Positions 31,467-40,825 of a stretch of DNA of 49,394 bases are shown here, piece after piece. The notes beneath the pieces were generated by a model. The model ran no database searches, had not been told where the DNA came from, and was given only the letters and a program-made list of their open reading frames with translations. This DNA comes from Candidatus Woesearchaeota archaeon (GTDB lineage Archaea > Nanobdellota > Nanobdellia > SCGC-AAA011-G17 > GW2011-AR20): NCBI GenBank assembly GCA_018302685.1, contig JAGVZK010000021.1, positions 1 to 49,394 on the forward strand, in the 5' to 3' direction. A program made the translations under genes and the position numbers. Within the stretch, counting starts at the first letter, position 1; the number at the start of each line of letters is the position of its first letter.

Positions 31467-32022
31467 TTTTATCCTCCAAAGCAGTTAGAAAATCTTTCGC
31501 GTACCATTCTTTCATATTCCATAAATCAACAAATGTTTGCGCAATCGTAGTAGTTTTTCCGTACAAATCTTCACAATCTTTCTTAATAATAAACAAATTT
31601 GGGTTTTTATTATTCATTTTAAATCTATCAAGATCATTTCCATAAATATAAATTTCGGAATAATCTGCAGGAACATCCTTAAATTTAAATTTAAACGCGG
31701 AATAAGCGCCATAAACAATACTATCAGGCATTTCAGATTCTATTTCCTTAATAGGTTTTTCAATCCTTGTAGAACAAACAATTTCTTTTTTTAGGTTTCT
31801 TATGCTTGCCCAGTAAAAAAGTATCTTTTTTGCATCAATGGCATTAAAATTTCTCGGGTTTACTTTAATGGAATTCATTTCTTTTAAGAAAGACAAGGCA
31901 TGATTAACAGTGCTTAATGAAACTTTCAGTTTTTTTGATAGTTCGGACTGGGTTAAGGTTTTGTTATTCTTTTCCATCACTTGAAAAAGTATTTCCCTGT
32001 ATACTTTTTCTTTATTTTTCAT
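31447..32022 (-). CDS. winged-helix DNA-binding protein (AbiEi-like antitoxin candidate)
   Basis: 191 aa. LTQSELSKKLKVSLSTVNHALSFLKEMNSIKV is a clear HTH. A C-terminal domain of unknown function follows. Confidence 0.5.
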   Translation of the reverse strand: MKNKEKVYREILFQVMEKNNKTLTQSELSKKLKVSLSTVNHALSFLKEMNSIKVNPRNFNAIDAKKILFYWASIRNLKKEIVCSTRIEKPIKEIESEMPDSIVYGAYSAFKFKFKDVPADYSEIYIYGNDLDRFKMNNKNPNLFIIKKDCEDLYGKTTTIAQTFVDLWNMKEWYAKDFLTALEDKIGKFLE

Positions 32023-32084
32023 ATTTTAATCTTAGATTATCTTATTTATAAATCTTTCGAATATTATAGAAACATATTAAAATA

Positions 32085-33752
32085 TCAATTCAATGATTTT
32101 GAAACATAAACTCCATCGTCTTTATATCCCAACTTCCTGTAATATTCTTTAACCCCAACACCGGAAATAACCAACAATTTATTCTTGCCATTTTCCCTGC
32201 AGATTTCCTCGGCCTTTTCCATTAATCTCTTTCCGCATCCTTTGTGCTGATAGCTATCGCCTTTGCTTCCCACTTTCAAAGCAGAGGAATAAACATGCAA
32301 TTCTCGAATAATCCCGGAATTATTGGTGATTTCTTCCCTCAGGCTTTCAGAAGGAAATCTCAGTCTAACAAAGCCCATTAAAGGATCCTTCCCGATTGAG
32401 ATAAAAAATTCCTTTCCTTTGGAGGCGTTATATTCATCAACATATATGTTATCATCAATTATTTTTTCATTTCTCCCAATTTCCCTTGCCCTTATGTCCC
32501 GGCTCTCAATTCCCTTCTTCTTGCATAGTTCATCCACATACTGTCTAAGATTGCTCCTGTCCACTCCTCCCTCGGCAAGCTTTGGCGGAATGTCCCTCTG
32601 AATCCTCATTATTCTTGAGTATCTTTCAACATGCCTTATGAATTCGGAAATCATCTCAGCAGCCTGCTCAGTCGTTACTTCCTTGTAATTTCCTTTTTTG
32701 AACTCTTCATGGAGCTCTGTCCCTGGGAAGATCATGCATGGATAAATCTTAAGCATATCAGGCCTGTAGTTCTCGTCCGAGAATAATTTTTTCATATTAT
32801 CAAGCTCTTTCTTCGTATTGTAAAAAATCATATAATGAAAATTCAGCTTGAATCCAAGGTTCCTAAGCAGCTTGATTGCAGCAACGCTCTCCCTTGTCCC
32901 ATGGCCCCTTCTGAAATACTTCAAAACTTCATCATCCATGCTCTGTATCCCCAGTTCAATTCTGGTGGCGCCAAGATCAAGCATAAAGTTTCCAATTTTT
33001 ATATCAACACAGTCAGGCCTTGTCTCAATTGTCAATCCAATGACTCTGCAGTTTGATTTTTCGTTCCTCTTCTGCTCCTCTTTCAGCCCGCATTTCCCTT
33101 TCAGGCTAGAAACCTTCCTGATGATTTTTTTCAGTCTTTCCTCATCCCTGAATTCTTTGTCAAGTTCAAAGAAATTTGAAAATTTCTCATAGTCAAGCTC
33201 ATCATTTTTAAAAAACATGCCGGAAAAATCATTCATGGCCTTGAAGATGTACTTCACAAAATTCTCCTGATATTGTTTTGCAAAGGCTGTGAATGTCCCC
33301 CCCATAACAATGACGTCGCATTTTGAGATGTCCTGATTCAAAAGAACATAATGCTCCAGCCTGTTAAACACCTGAAGATAGGGATCATAGAGATTTCTCC
33401 TTGCTCTCATTGAAGCGGGCTCATTTCCAGTATAGCTTTTAGGCGTGTCGCCAAACTGGGATTTCAGGCCGCCGGGGCAGAAAGTGCACATAGCCTGGGG
33501 AGGGCAGTTTGAAGGCATTGTCATCACAGCAACGGGAGAAACCCCTGACAGAGTTCTGTTTGGTTTCGTTTTAAGTATCTTCTTGAGATATTCTTTCTGC
33601 TTCCTGTCTGCCTTGGCAAAGATTGAAATCAGTGAAGGAAGCTGCTTCGGTTTTAGTTTTCTTGCAAGACCATCCCTTAATTTCAATATGCCTTCAATGG
33701 TCGGCACTTTATCCTCTACAATCAGGCTATTAAGTTCCTTTGTGAAATCCAT
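32085..33752 (-). CDS. elp3: Elp3-like radical SAM/GNAT tRNA modification enzyme
   Basis: 555 aa with a Cys cluster CPPQAMCTFCPGG, the radical-SAM TIM region and a C-terminal GNAT (QHKGCGKRLMEKAEEI). Confidence 0.9.
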   Translation of the reverse strand: MDFTKELNSLIVEDKVPTIEGILKLRDGLARKLKPKQLPSLISIFAKADRKQKEYLKKILKTKPNRTLSGVSPVAVMTMPSNCPPQAMCTFCPGGLKSQFGDTPKSYTGNEPASMRARRNLYDPYLQVFNRLEHYVLLNQDISKCDVIVMGGTFTAFAKQYQENFVKYIFKAMNDFSGMFFKNDELDYEKFSNFFELDKEFRDEERLKKIIRKVSSLKGKCGLKEEQKRNEKSNCRVIGLTIETRPDCVDIKIGNFMLDLGATRIELGIQSMDDEVLKYFRRGHGTRESVAAIKLLRNLGFKLNFHYMIFYNTKKELDNMKKLFSDENYRPDMLKIYPCMIFPGTELHEEFKKGNYKEVTTEQAAEMISEFIRHVERYSRIMRIQRDIPPKLAEGGVDRSNLRQYVDELCKKKGIESRDIRAREIGRNEKIIDDNIYVDEYNASKGKEFFISIGKDPLMGFVRLRFPSESLREEITNNSGIIRELHVYSSALKVGSKGDSYQHKGCGKRLMEKAEEICRENGKNKLLVISGVGVKEYYRKLGYKDDGVYVSKSLN

Positions 33753-33784
33753 GGGAGTTTAATCAAAAAACACTTTAAAAAAGT

Positions 33785-34894
33785 TTAGATGTACAGGCTG
33801 TACAGTTGGGTTATCTCCTCCTGGGTTAAAGTTCTTCTCCATATTGCAATTTCATCCGCATAGGCAATCTTGTTGGAATCCGGGCTGTTGTACATTATCT
33901 TAAAATTATAGCCTCCAATGTGCTCGCTCTCACCAGCGACATAAGTTGATTTTTTTACCCCATTCCTGAAGAAGGTGATGTTAATCCCGTCATAGGCTAT
34001 CAAAAAATGATTCCATGCCGTTGGATTGCTTGATGGTTTGTATGAATCAAGGCTTAAGGCTGGGTTCGAGCCTGAGCTATTCTGAAAAACGAAATAAGGG
34101 GTTTGTCCGCCGGAGCTCCACAGTCTTGTCCTTATAGTGCTCCCATTGTAGAATCCCCAGTAGGTGGAGGTGGTCGACGGTGTGTCATATTCAACTTTCA
34201 CCCACATAGATACTGTGAATTCATTAGGATTCGTACCTATCAATAAATCTAAGTTTGAAAACTGAATATACTCATTTGGAGATTTCATTTTGGTTCCAGT
34301 TCCTAAATACCCCTCTGCATTTCCTGCCTGGATCCCTCCTCCCAATATTCCAACGAGTCCTGAAACATAATCAATATTATTTGAGCCGTCCCATCCAAAA
34401 ACAAGCCCCTCGCCGGATAAGTGGAATTCCGTTTCACTCCGCTCAAGAACATCAAAAATGCTTCCATCCTCTTTTGTTCCAGAATAAGAGCCTTCTATGC
34501 TATGAATTAAATTTCCCTTGGAAGTGTACATTACTCTTATGTTCCCTGAAACCTTGTCATAATCAGACATATCAAGGGCGCATCCTGTAAAAGTCTCATC
34601 GCCTAGACCAGTATTGTACAAAGATCCCCCAAGATCATAGCATGACTCACCATTGATTGATATGTCTGTGATGTTGGCCTCGTCAACCAAATTCTTTGAT
34701 ATGTGGAACAGTATTCCATTATCCTTCACGATCATATCCTCTATCAAAAGCGGAGCCTGTATTTGGTAGCTGTTGGAGGTTTCATGAGAAAAAATGCCAA
34801 GGTAAAACAGAGCGCCCAAAACTATCAGGACACCTATGATAGCCCAGCCATAAGTCATCAAGAACTCCATGGCAGCCTGCCCTCTTTTTAACAT
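33785..34894 (-). CDS. type IV pilin-like protein (class III signal peptide) with a LamG lectin domain
   Basis: 369 aa. The N-terminus MLKRGQAAMEFLMTYGWAIIGVLIVLGALFYLGIF suggests a prepilin peptidase site KRG|QAAME with Glu at +5. The C-terminus ADEIAIWRRTLTQEEITQLYS is the LamG motif. Paralogous to 22592-24660. Confidence 0.8.
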   Translation of the reverse strand: MLKRGQAAMEFLMTYGWAIIGVLIVLGALFYLGIFSHETSNSYQIQAPLLIEDMIVKDNGILFHISKNLVDEANITDISINGESCYDLGGSLYNTGLGDETFTGCALDMSDYDKVSGNIRVMYTSKGNLIHSIEGSYSGTKEDGSIFDVLERSETEFHLSGEGLVFGWDGSNNIDYVSGLVGILGGGIQAGNAEGYLGTGTKMKSPNEYIQFSNLDLLIGTNPNEFTVSMWVKVEYDTPSTTSTYWGFYNGSTIRTRLWSSGGQTPYFVFQNSSGSNPALSLDSYKPSSNPTAWNHFLIAYDGINITFFRNGVKKSTYVAGESEHIGGYNFKIMYNSPDSNKIAYADEIAIWRRTLTQEEITQLYSLYI

Positions 34895-34914
34895 AAGACA
34901 ATAATAAATCCCAG

Positions 34915-35616
34915 TTATTTAAAATTATCCAAAATCTCCTCTTCAAGAAAATGCATTCTTCCAGGGACAATAAGGCACTGCGGAAACCTTTCAAATTTTA
35001 CTTTTAAGATATTATCTGCATTTCCCGCCTTGATTTTTTGGTCTTCATATCCAAGCCTTTCAATTCCAACGACAAGCCTGTTTTCCATGCCCTGCTTTCT
35101 CAATCTCTTGATGGACTCATTGATGCTCATGAATTTGTTCTCTCTTGGATTGAGATCAAGCAGGAACAAAGTGTGCATTCCAAGCTTGAGGTTATCCCTG
35201 AGCCCTCCCACAAGATCCACATCCTGAAACGGAACGCTTATGGTCTTCCCAAAATTATAAAGGCTTAATCCAATGTTTGAAACAAGAGTCAGTATTGAAA
35301 TGTTGTGTATGACTTTAACTTCAATGTTCTTTTTTATTGCGTCAAGATAAAGCGAGATGTGCGTCGTTGCAGAAAAGACATCCCCATAGAATAGGATCCC
35401 TATATTTTTTTCCCCGGCGCTCTTGACGTCATAATTCTCGACAAAGTCCCTGCCAACGACATCAATTCTTTTATTGAAAATACCACTCAATTCAACAAGG
35501 CTTATTCCGAGGGAAGTGTATCCCTCAAGATAAACCTCATCGCACTTCTTCACAGATTCAATGGCCCCGAGGTTTATGTCTTCCTTGCTTATTCCAAGGC
35601 TTATCAAGTAAAGCAT
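34915..35616 (-). CDS. dphB: diphthine synthase
   Basis: 233 aa. MLYLISLGI...VYLEGYTS...FYGDVFSATTH matches the tetrapyrrole-methylase-fold Dph5 pattern. Confidence 0.85.
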   Translation of the reverse strand: MLYLISLGISKEDINLGAIESVKKCDEVYLEGYTSLGISLVELSGIFNKRIDVVGRDFVENYDVKSAGEKNIGILFYGDVFSATTHISLYLDAIKKNIEVKVIHNISILTLVSNIGLSLYNFGKTISVPFQDVDLVGGLRDNLKLGMHTLFLLDLNPRENKFMSINESIKRLRKQGMENRLVVGIERLGYEDQKIKAGNADNILKVKFERFPQCLIVPGRMHFLEEEILDNFK

Positions 35617-35638
35617 AGATAGGATTCAACTTATATTT

Positions 35639-37687
35639 TTATAAAACTTCTGTAACCCCCTCCTTCTTGTCAAGCCTTAAGACCCTGTCGACATAGCTCT
35701 CAATCTTAGGATCATGGCTCACAATTATTACCTGCTTGATGTCAATCTCCTGAAGGAGTATCCTCATCCTGTCAAGCTGGCTCTCTGAAAACCCATCAGT
35801 CGGCTCGTCAAGGATTATCAGGTTCTTGGTTTGGATGTCGCTGACGACATTGTTTATCACCTGGTTAAGGGCGAGCCTGTACGCCAGAGCCCCTGCAGTC
35901 TTCTCTCCACCTGACAGATTCAGGTAGTCAAGGTTGTAGCCATTCTGCTCAACAAGAGGAGAAAAGTCCTCATCCAATGCAACAATCAGATTGTCGTCAT
36001 CAACAAGGATGTTGAACCATTTTTCAAACAGGGAATTAAAATCGCCATGGACTTTAAGCATTATTTTTTTCTCTATGTCCTCGACCAGTCCGACGAAATC
36101 AGAATCAATAAAAGACCTCAAGTTTTTGAGGCTGAACAGCTCCTCCCTGTACTTCTCTCTCCTTTCAACGCCTTCCCTGAGCTTGGCAAGAATTTCCAGA
36201 ATATTTTTTATCCTTGTTTCAACAGATGTTTTATTGAGAAGTATCTCCCTTTCCTCCACGAGCAGCCCATCAAGATCACGCTTAAGCCTGGCGTAGTCAT
36301 TGGTGTTTATTTCTCCAATTCTTGACCTCAATTCGGAGATTTCAGATTCAAGACCCCTTACTCTTGCCCCGTCATTATTGATTTCTCTCTTCACATTTTC
36401 CAGATTGTCCTTCTTGTCAATCAGGTTCTTCCTCTTCAGCCTCCAGATCTCGAATCTGCTCTTCTCCATGCTGATAGATTCAAGCCTGCTCCTAAAATCT
36501 CTGATTTCAATCATTAACTTATTTTCCTGCAGTGTGAGCTCTTTAATAGAATCCCTTAGGTAGGTCATATTAATCTCCTCAGCACCAACTATTGCATGCC
36601 TGTGATCATCGTTAACATCCTGCTTGCATACGGGGCATTTTTTGAGGCTCTTAAGCTCATTTATCATCCTTTCTGAACTCATATATCCTACTTTGCTCTC
36701 ACTCATTCTCTGCGTGATAGTCCTTAATTCAATCTCGCACTTGTTTATTTTGCCCCTGACAGCAATGATATCAGTGTCATAACTCTTGACTTCAACACCC
36801 GTGCCAATCTCTTCCTGAAGCCTTGCAATATCGCCTTCAAGCCTGGCACCAAATTCTTCGTTGTTTAAAATCCTGCTAGTTAGATTCTTGAGCTCCAACT
36901 CTCTCAGTTCAAAATTCTTCCTGAGCTCATTGAACAGCTTAATCTTTTCCTCAATCAATCCTATCTCATTTTTCCTGTCTTCAACCCTCATCGAGGCAAC
37001 GCTGAATTTGGAGTTGATCTCATTTAATTTATTATTTAGGCTGTCAAGCTCCCCCTCTTTCTCTGTCTTCTCTTTTTTAAGCTCCTCCAGATCAAGAATC
37101 AGAGTCTCCCTCTCTTTAATCCTCTCCCTAAGGTGATAGCTCACGATCTTTGAGTTGTCCTTTATCCTCTTGTACTTGTCAATGTTGAATATCTTTCTCA
37201 AGGTGTCAATCCTGTACTTGTCATCGCTCAAGAGGATTGATTTCATCTCTTCCTGTGGTGTGTACACTGTGTACCTGTAGATCAGGGATTTCTTTGTCAG
37301 GGTTTCCTTCGGATAATTCAGAAGGTCAAGTATTCTCTGCTTAAGCTCAACAGCGCTTAATTCCTCCCTTGCCCCGTTGATCTCAAGATAGCCTGAATTC
37401 TGGACGACACTGTCGCTGCTCCTCTTGAGACTCCTCTTGACTTTAATGTCAAAATTTCCAATCTTGAATTCCAGCTCAACGCTTCCTTTGTTTTTTCCAT
37501 ACCTCAAAAGAGACTCTCCTGACAGGACTCCTTTTGACAGCCCAAAGAGCGCAAAATCAATGGCCTGAAGTATGCTTGATTTTCCCGATCCTATGTCGCC
37601 TGACAGCAGCGTGCTCCCTAGTTCAAAATTAATTTCCCTTTCAATATAGCTTCTTATGTTCTCAAGTTTTATTTTTTTTATTATCAT
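35639..37687 (-). CDS. rad50: DNA double-strand break repair ATPase Rad50
   Basis: 682 aa with Walker A GDIGSGKSS, long coiled coils, the zinc hook CPVC, signature LSGGEKTA and Walker B LIILDEPTDGF. Confidence 0.93.
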   Translation of the reverse strand: MIIKKIKLENIRSYIEREINFELGSTLLSGDIGSGKSSILQAIDFALFGLSKGVLSGESLLRYGKNKGSVELEFKIGNFDIKVKRSLKRSSDSVVQNSGYLEINGAREELSAVELKQRILDLLNYPKETLTKKSLIYRYTVYTPQEEMKSILLSDDKYRIDTLRKIFNIDKYKRIKDNSKIVSYHLRERIKERETLILDLEELKKEKTEKEGELDSLNNKLNEINSKFSVASMRVEDRKNEIGLIEEKIKLFNELRKNFELRELELKNLTSRILNNEEFGARLEGDIARLQEEIGTGVEVKSYDTDIIAVRGKINKCEIELRTITQRMSESKVGYMSSERMINELKSLKKCPVCKQDVNDDHRHAIVGAEEINMTYLRDSIKELTLQENKLMIEIRDFRSRLESISMEKSRFEIWRLKRKNLIDKKDNLENVKREINNDGARVRGLESEISELRSRIGEINTNDYARLKRDLDGLLVEEREILLNKTSVETRIKNILEILAKLREGVERREKYREELFSLKNLRSFIDSDFVGLVEDIEKKIMLKVHGDFNSLFEKWFNILVDDDNLIVALDEDFSPLVEQNGYNLDYLNLSGGEKTAGALAYRLALNQVINNVVSDIQTKNLIILDEPTDGFSESQLDRMRILLQEIDIKQVIIVSHDPKIESYVDRVLRLDKKEGVTEVL

Positions 37688-38835
37688 ATTAACTTTTCAA
37701 AATCTTTTATTATCCTGTTTTCAAAATCAACGTTTTTCTCTCCCTCGTCCTTTTCACTGTCAAGAATCTTGATCAAATTTTCAACGAACTCCCTTTCGAA
37801 GCTGATCTCTTTTACAAATTTAAGTATGTCATTGCTCTCCAGCTCTTCAACGCTGTGCTCACCAGTGTCATAGTCCAGAAATTCCTTTGACCTCAGCTTG
37901 GATGTGTTTTTCAGCACAGCATACGCACCGCTGATATTGTCAATAATTTTCTTGAAATTTATGTCGGAAGCCTTTCCTTCTTTCAGAATTCCTTCGACCC
38001 TTATAGTGACTATTCTGTCCTCAAAGTTATGAATATCAAGGACCTCATCTTCAACTTCCCTTGCAGTCTTTCCATCGGCATTGATTTTGATGTGGAGTGT
38101 TTCTTTGAGCTTTATTGGGATGTAATTCAGTTTTGAATTGTCATAGATGTAGAAGCCTCCGTTTCCAAGCTCCTCTATTTCCTTGAAATTATTTGGGAAC
38201 AGAGGTCCTGGGTATACGAGTTTTCCCCTGCCATAGTCCTCCTCCCTTATGTAGTGGACATGGCCTCCGGCGTAATAATCAAAATTTTTTGGAAATTTCT
38301 TCATTGAAATTCCCTCAACTTTTTCCATGTCCTTCGGCTTTATTTCATCTATAGTGTTGTGGAACATAAATATCTTAAATCCCGGCTCATCCTCGATATT
38401 TGAAAAGTCAAGATTTTCATAGTAATACTTGTCCAGGCCTGACCTAAGTCCGACTAATCCTGTAATTTTGACATTCGTTTTATCAGTCACGAAATGCAGT
38501 TTGTTATTAATTATTCTCATTGAATTGATTACAAGCCCTGCCTTCTCCAGAACGCCAAGCATTGTCTTTCCTGAAGGCGAAAAGTCATGGCTTCCAGGGA
38601 TTATGTAAACATCAATATCATGCTCCTTCAGCCTGTTTAGGATGTCTGCAGTGGCCTTAATCAGGTCTATGCTTGGGAGCGCATTGTCGAATAAGTCTCC
38701 CGCAATCAACAAAAACCCTACATTCTCCTCAATGCATTTTTCAACAGCCCTCTCAAAGGATTTGATGCTCAGCTCCTTTAGCTTTGAATCCCTCCATCCT
38801 CCGATATGGCAATCTGCCAGATGCGCGAATTTCAT
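37684..38835 (-). CDS. mre11: DNA double-strand break repair nuclease Mre11
   Basis: 383 aa with phosphoesterase motifs FAHLADCH, AGDLFD, GSHD and GGHVH. 4-nt overlap with rad50. Confidence 0.93.
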   Translation of the reverse strand: MKFAHLADCHIGGWRDSKLKELSIKSFERAVEKCIEENVGFLLIAGDLFDNALPSIDLIKATADILNRLKEHDIDVYIIPGSHDFSPSGKTMLGVLEKAGLVINSMRIINNKLHFVTDKTNVKITGLVGLRSGLDKYYYENLDFSNIEDEPGFKIFMFHNTIDEIKPKDMEKVEGISMKKFPKNFDYYAGGHVHYIREEDYGRGKLVYPGPLFPNNFKEIEELGNGGFYIYDNSKLNYIPIKLKETLHIKINADGKTAREVEDEVLDIHNFEDRIVTIRVEGILKEGKASDINFKKIIDNISGAYAVLKNTSKLRSKEFLDYDTGEHSVEELESNDILKFVKEISFEREFVENLIKILDSEKDEGEKNVDFENRIIKDFEKLI

Positions 38836-38971
38836 TGTAGGGAAAGGCCATCTCTTTATTAATAGATTATTATGATGAATAAGATATAATTAATTATAAG
38901 GATTTAGAATATGGCTTTGCAATCTTCCAAAGCAGCAAGCCTATAAAAAACAAGTCAAACAAAATAAAAGA

Positions 38972-39463
38972 CTACCTCATGTGCTTGTCATACACGTTCT
39001 CATAATCAAACAGTTCTTTCTGGGAAAACCACAGGCCGATTTCCTTTTCAGCCTCCTCCTTGTTTCCCGAAGCATGAACTAGATTTGGGATAGCCATGTT
39101 TTTCTCATCTGCATATTTGTAGCTTATGTGGGCGTAGTCTCCTCTTATCGTTCCTAGCAGGGCTGATTTTGGCTCAGTGTCCCCAGCAATTTTCCTCACA
39201 TTCTCAACGGCATCAACACCCTGAAGGCAGATAGCAACGACGTGACTATTGACAATGAAATCCATTAGCTTCTTCCTTACATGCTCGCCTCTTCTCCTCG
39301 TTATGTCCTCAGTGTAATGCTGCATTGCAAGATCTCGATTCACTCTAACCATTTTTATCCCTTTGATTTTCAGCCCTTTCTTTTCAAATCTAGAAATAAT
39401 CTCCCCTATGAGCCCCCTTTCAACGCCATCAGGCTTGATCAGAACCAAAGTTTCCTCAATCAT
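38972..39463 (-). CDS. ndk: nucleoside diphosphate kinase
   Basis: Start placed at ATG 39463 (MIEETLVLIKPDGV). Also has GTIRGDY and NLVHASG (active-site His). The track ORF adds 18 unsupported N-terminal residues. Confidence 0.9.
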   Translation of the reverse strand: MIEETLVLIKPDGVERGLIGEIISRFEKKGLKIKGIKMVRVNRDLAMQHYTEDITRRRGEHVRKKLMDFIVNSHVVAICLQGVDAVENVRKIAGDTEPKSALLGTIRGDYAHISYKYADEKNMAIPNLVHASGNKEEAEKEIGLWFSQKELFDYENVYDKHMR

Positions 39464-39533
39464 GAAAGGACTAAACGACAAAATATTATAAAGATTTCTG
39501 TTCAAATCAAATTCCAAATGTATTTGTAAAGAA

Positions 39534-39722
39534 TCAACCCCTGCTCTTCCTTACCCTTTCAAATTCTTTGGTCCACCTGACAGTATGGGGCTTTCTCTTG
39601 AGCTTCAGCATGTTCTTCTCGCATTTTGAAGAGCAGAAATAGCTGATCTTTCCAGTTTTGAAGACGAACATTTTTCCTGTTCCTTTTTCCATGCTCTTTC
39701 CGCAGAAACTGCAATTGCTCAT
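39534..39722 (-). CDS. rpl24e: 50S ribosomal protein L24e
   Basis: 62 aa with the zinc ribbon CSFCGK...FCSSKC. Confidence 0.9.
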   Translation of the reverse strand: MSNCSFCGKSMEKGTGKMFVFKTGKISYFCSSKCEKNMLKLKRKPHTVRWTKEFERVRKSRG

Positions 39723-40057
39723 TTTCTCTTCTTCCCTGACATTAGCTTTCTTGCCTCAATCTCAGTTTCTCTCAGCATCAGGACATCGCCAATTCTTATA
39801 GGACCCTTGACATTTCTTCTTAGAATCTTTCCTGTGTCCCTTCCATCCATTATCTTGCACCTGACTTGTGTTACTTCCCCTCTCGTGCCTGTCCTTCCAA
39901 TAATTTCTTCCACGGTTGCAGGGTAGGCGCTGCTAAACAAGCCTCCGGTCTCCTGAGTGAATTTAATCCTCTGGTCTCTAGTAACAACCTGTTTCTTTTG
40001 AGCTCTCTTCTCCTTCTTCTCAGTTTTCTTGTCTTTTTTGGTTTTACTCTTTGCCAT
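39719..40057 (-). CDS. rps28e: 30S ribosomal protein S28e with a Lys-rich N-terminal extension
   Basis: The core is [59 protein letters not shown]. The ATG start gives 112 aa. An in-frame TTG at 39940 would give a canonical protein of about 73 aa. Confidence 0.85.
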   Translation of the reverse strand: MAKSKTKKDKKTEKKEKRAQKKQVVTRDQRIKFTQETGGLFSSAYPATVEEIIGRTGTRGEVTQVRCKIMDGRDTGKILRRNVKGPIRIGDVLMLRETEIEARKLMSGKKRK

Positions 40058-40397
40058 TCTTGCTCAACTTCACCTTTATTTCCTTGATTAAGTTTAAAGA
40101 ATCTCCTTCCTTAATAATTGCAACCGCAGCAGTTGAAACCGGCAGTCCAGCAGCAGCTCCAAGGTCGCTCTTACTTTCAACCAAAACGAAAGGAATTTCC
40201 TTTTCCCTTGATAACGGCTCCAAGTGCATGATGACTTCTCTTGGGTTTACATCATTGGCAACAACAACCAGCTTTGCATACCCTTTCTCAACCGACTTGG
40301 TAACCTCATTAGAACCCTTCTTCAACTTTCCTGACTTTTTAGCCAGCTCAATAGCTTCATAAGCCTTGTCTTGCAAATCCTTTTTGACCTCTGCCAT
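40044..40397 (-). CDS. rpl7ae: 50S ribosomal protein L7Ae
   Basis: Start placed at ATG 40397, preceded by GGAGGAT. Motifs: [27 protein letters not shown] and LGAAAG. The L7Ae-S28e-L24e-ndk order is the conserved archaeal cluster. Confidence 0.92.
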   Translation of the reverse strand: MAEVKKDLQDKAYEAIELAKKSGKLKKGSNEVTKSVEKGYAKLVVVANDVNPREVIMHLEPLSREKEIPFVLVESKSDLGAAAGLPVSTAAVAIIKEGDSLNLIKEIKVKLSKNGKE

Positions 40398-40455
40398 TTT
40401 GATCCTCCTGAATTTATTTTGATTAATAAAAAACAAAAAAGAGAATTTATAAAGG

Positions 40456-40767
40456 TTATGCTACAGGCGGATAATCCATATCATGATTATTCAAGGGGAT
40501 TACCCTGCATCCAGCTTTATGCGCATGAGGACCAACAAACTTTCCTTCAAGTATTATAGGTTCACTTAAATCATTAATTTCAATCCTAGAACCATCAAGA
40601 CAAATATTTTTCGCAAATCCGGGCAAATCAACAATACGACGAAGCCTATCCTTTCCTAACGGATAATAACCCCTCAAACTCGTTTCTATCCTGGTTGAAG
40701 TTTCACCAACAACACACTTCAATCCATCCCCATTCCAACGATATTTAGAATCACCATTTTCATTCAT
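40456..40767 (-). CDS. hypothetical protein
   Basis: 103-aa non-overlapping ORF. No family recognised. Confidence 0.45.
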   Translation of the reverse strand: MNENGDSKYRWNGDGLKCVVGETSTRIETSLRGYYPLGKDRLRRIVDLPGFAKNICLDGSRIEINDLSEPIILEGKFVGPHAHKAGCRVIPLNNHDMDYPPVA

Positions 40768-40825
40768 AGTTCAAGCCAGCTATATAAAAAACTATATAAA
40801 CATTGTTGATTAAATTTTTCTTAAT

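Noticed and set aside
30668-32084. Integrated element bounded by a duplicated tRNA-Val 3' end.
   Set aside because: No copy of the tRNA 3' sequence (GGTTCGAGTCCTGGTGGGCCCA or a substantial part of it) was found near 32023-32084. Only short AT-rich 9-mers recur, which is expected by chance.
22592-34894. Diversity-generating retroelement (template/variable repeat) as an explanation for the repeated LamG sequences.
   Set aside because: No reverse transcriptase ORF is in the window. The 77-bp repeat is exact, not adenine-specifically mismatched, and the LamG paralogues differ throughout, not in a short variable region.
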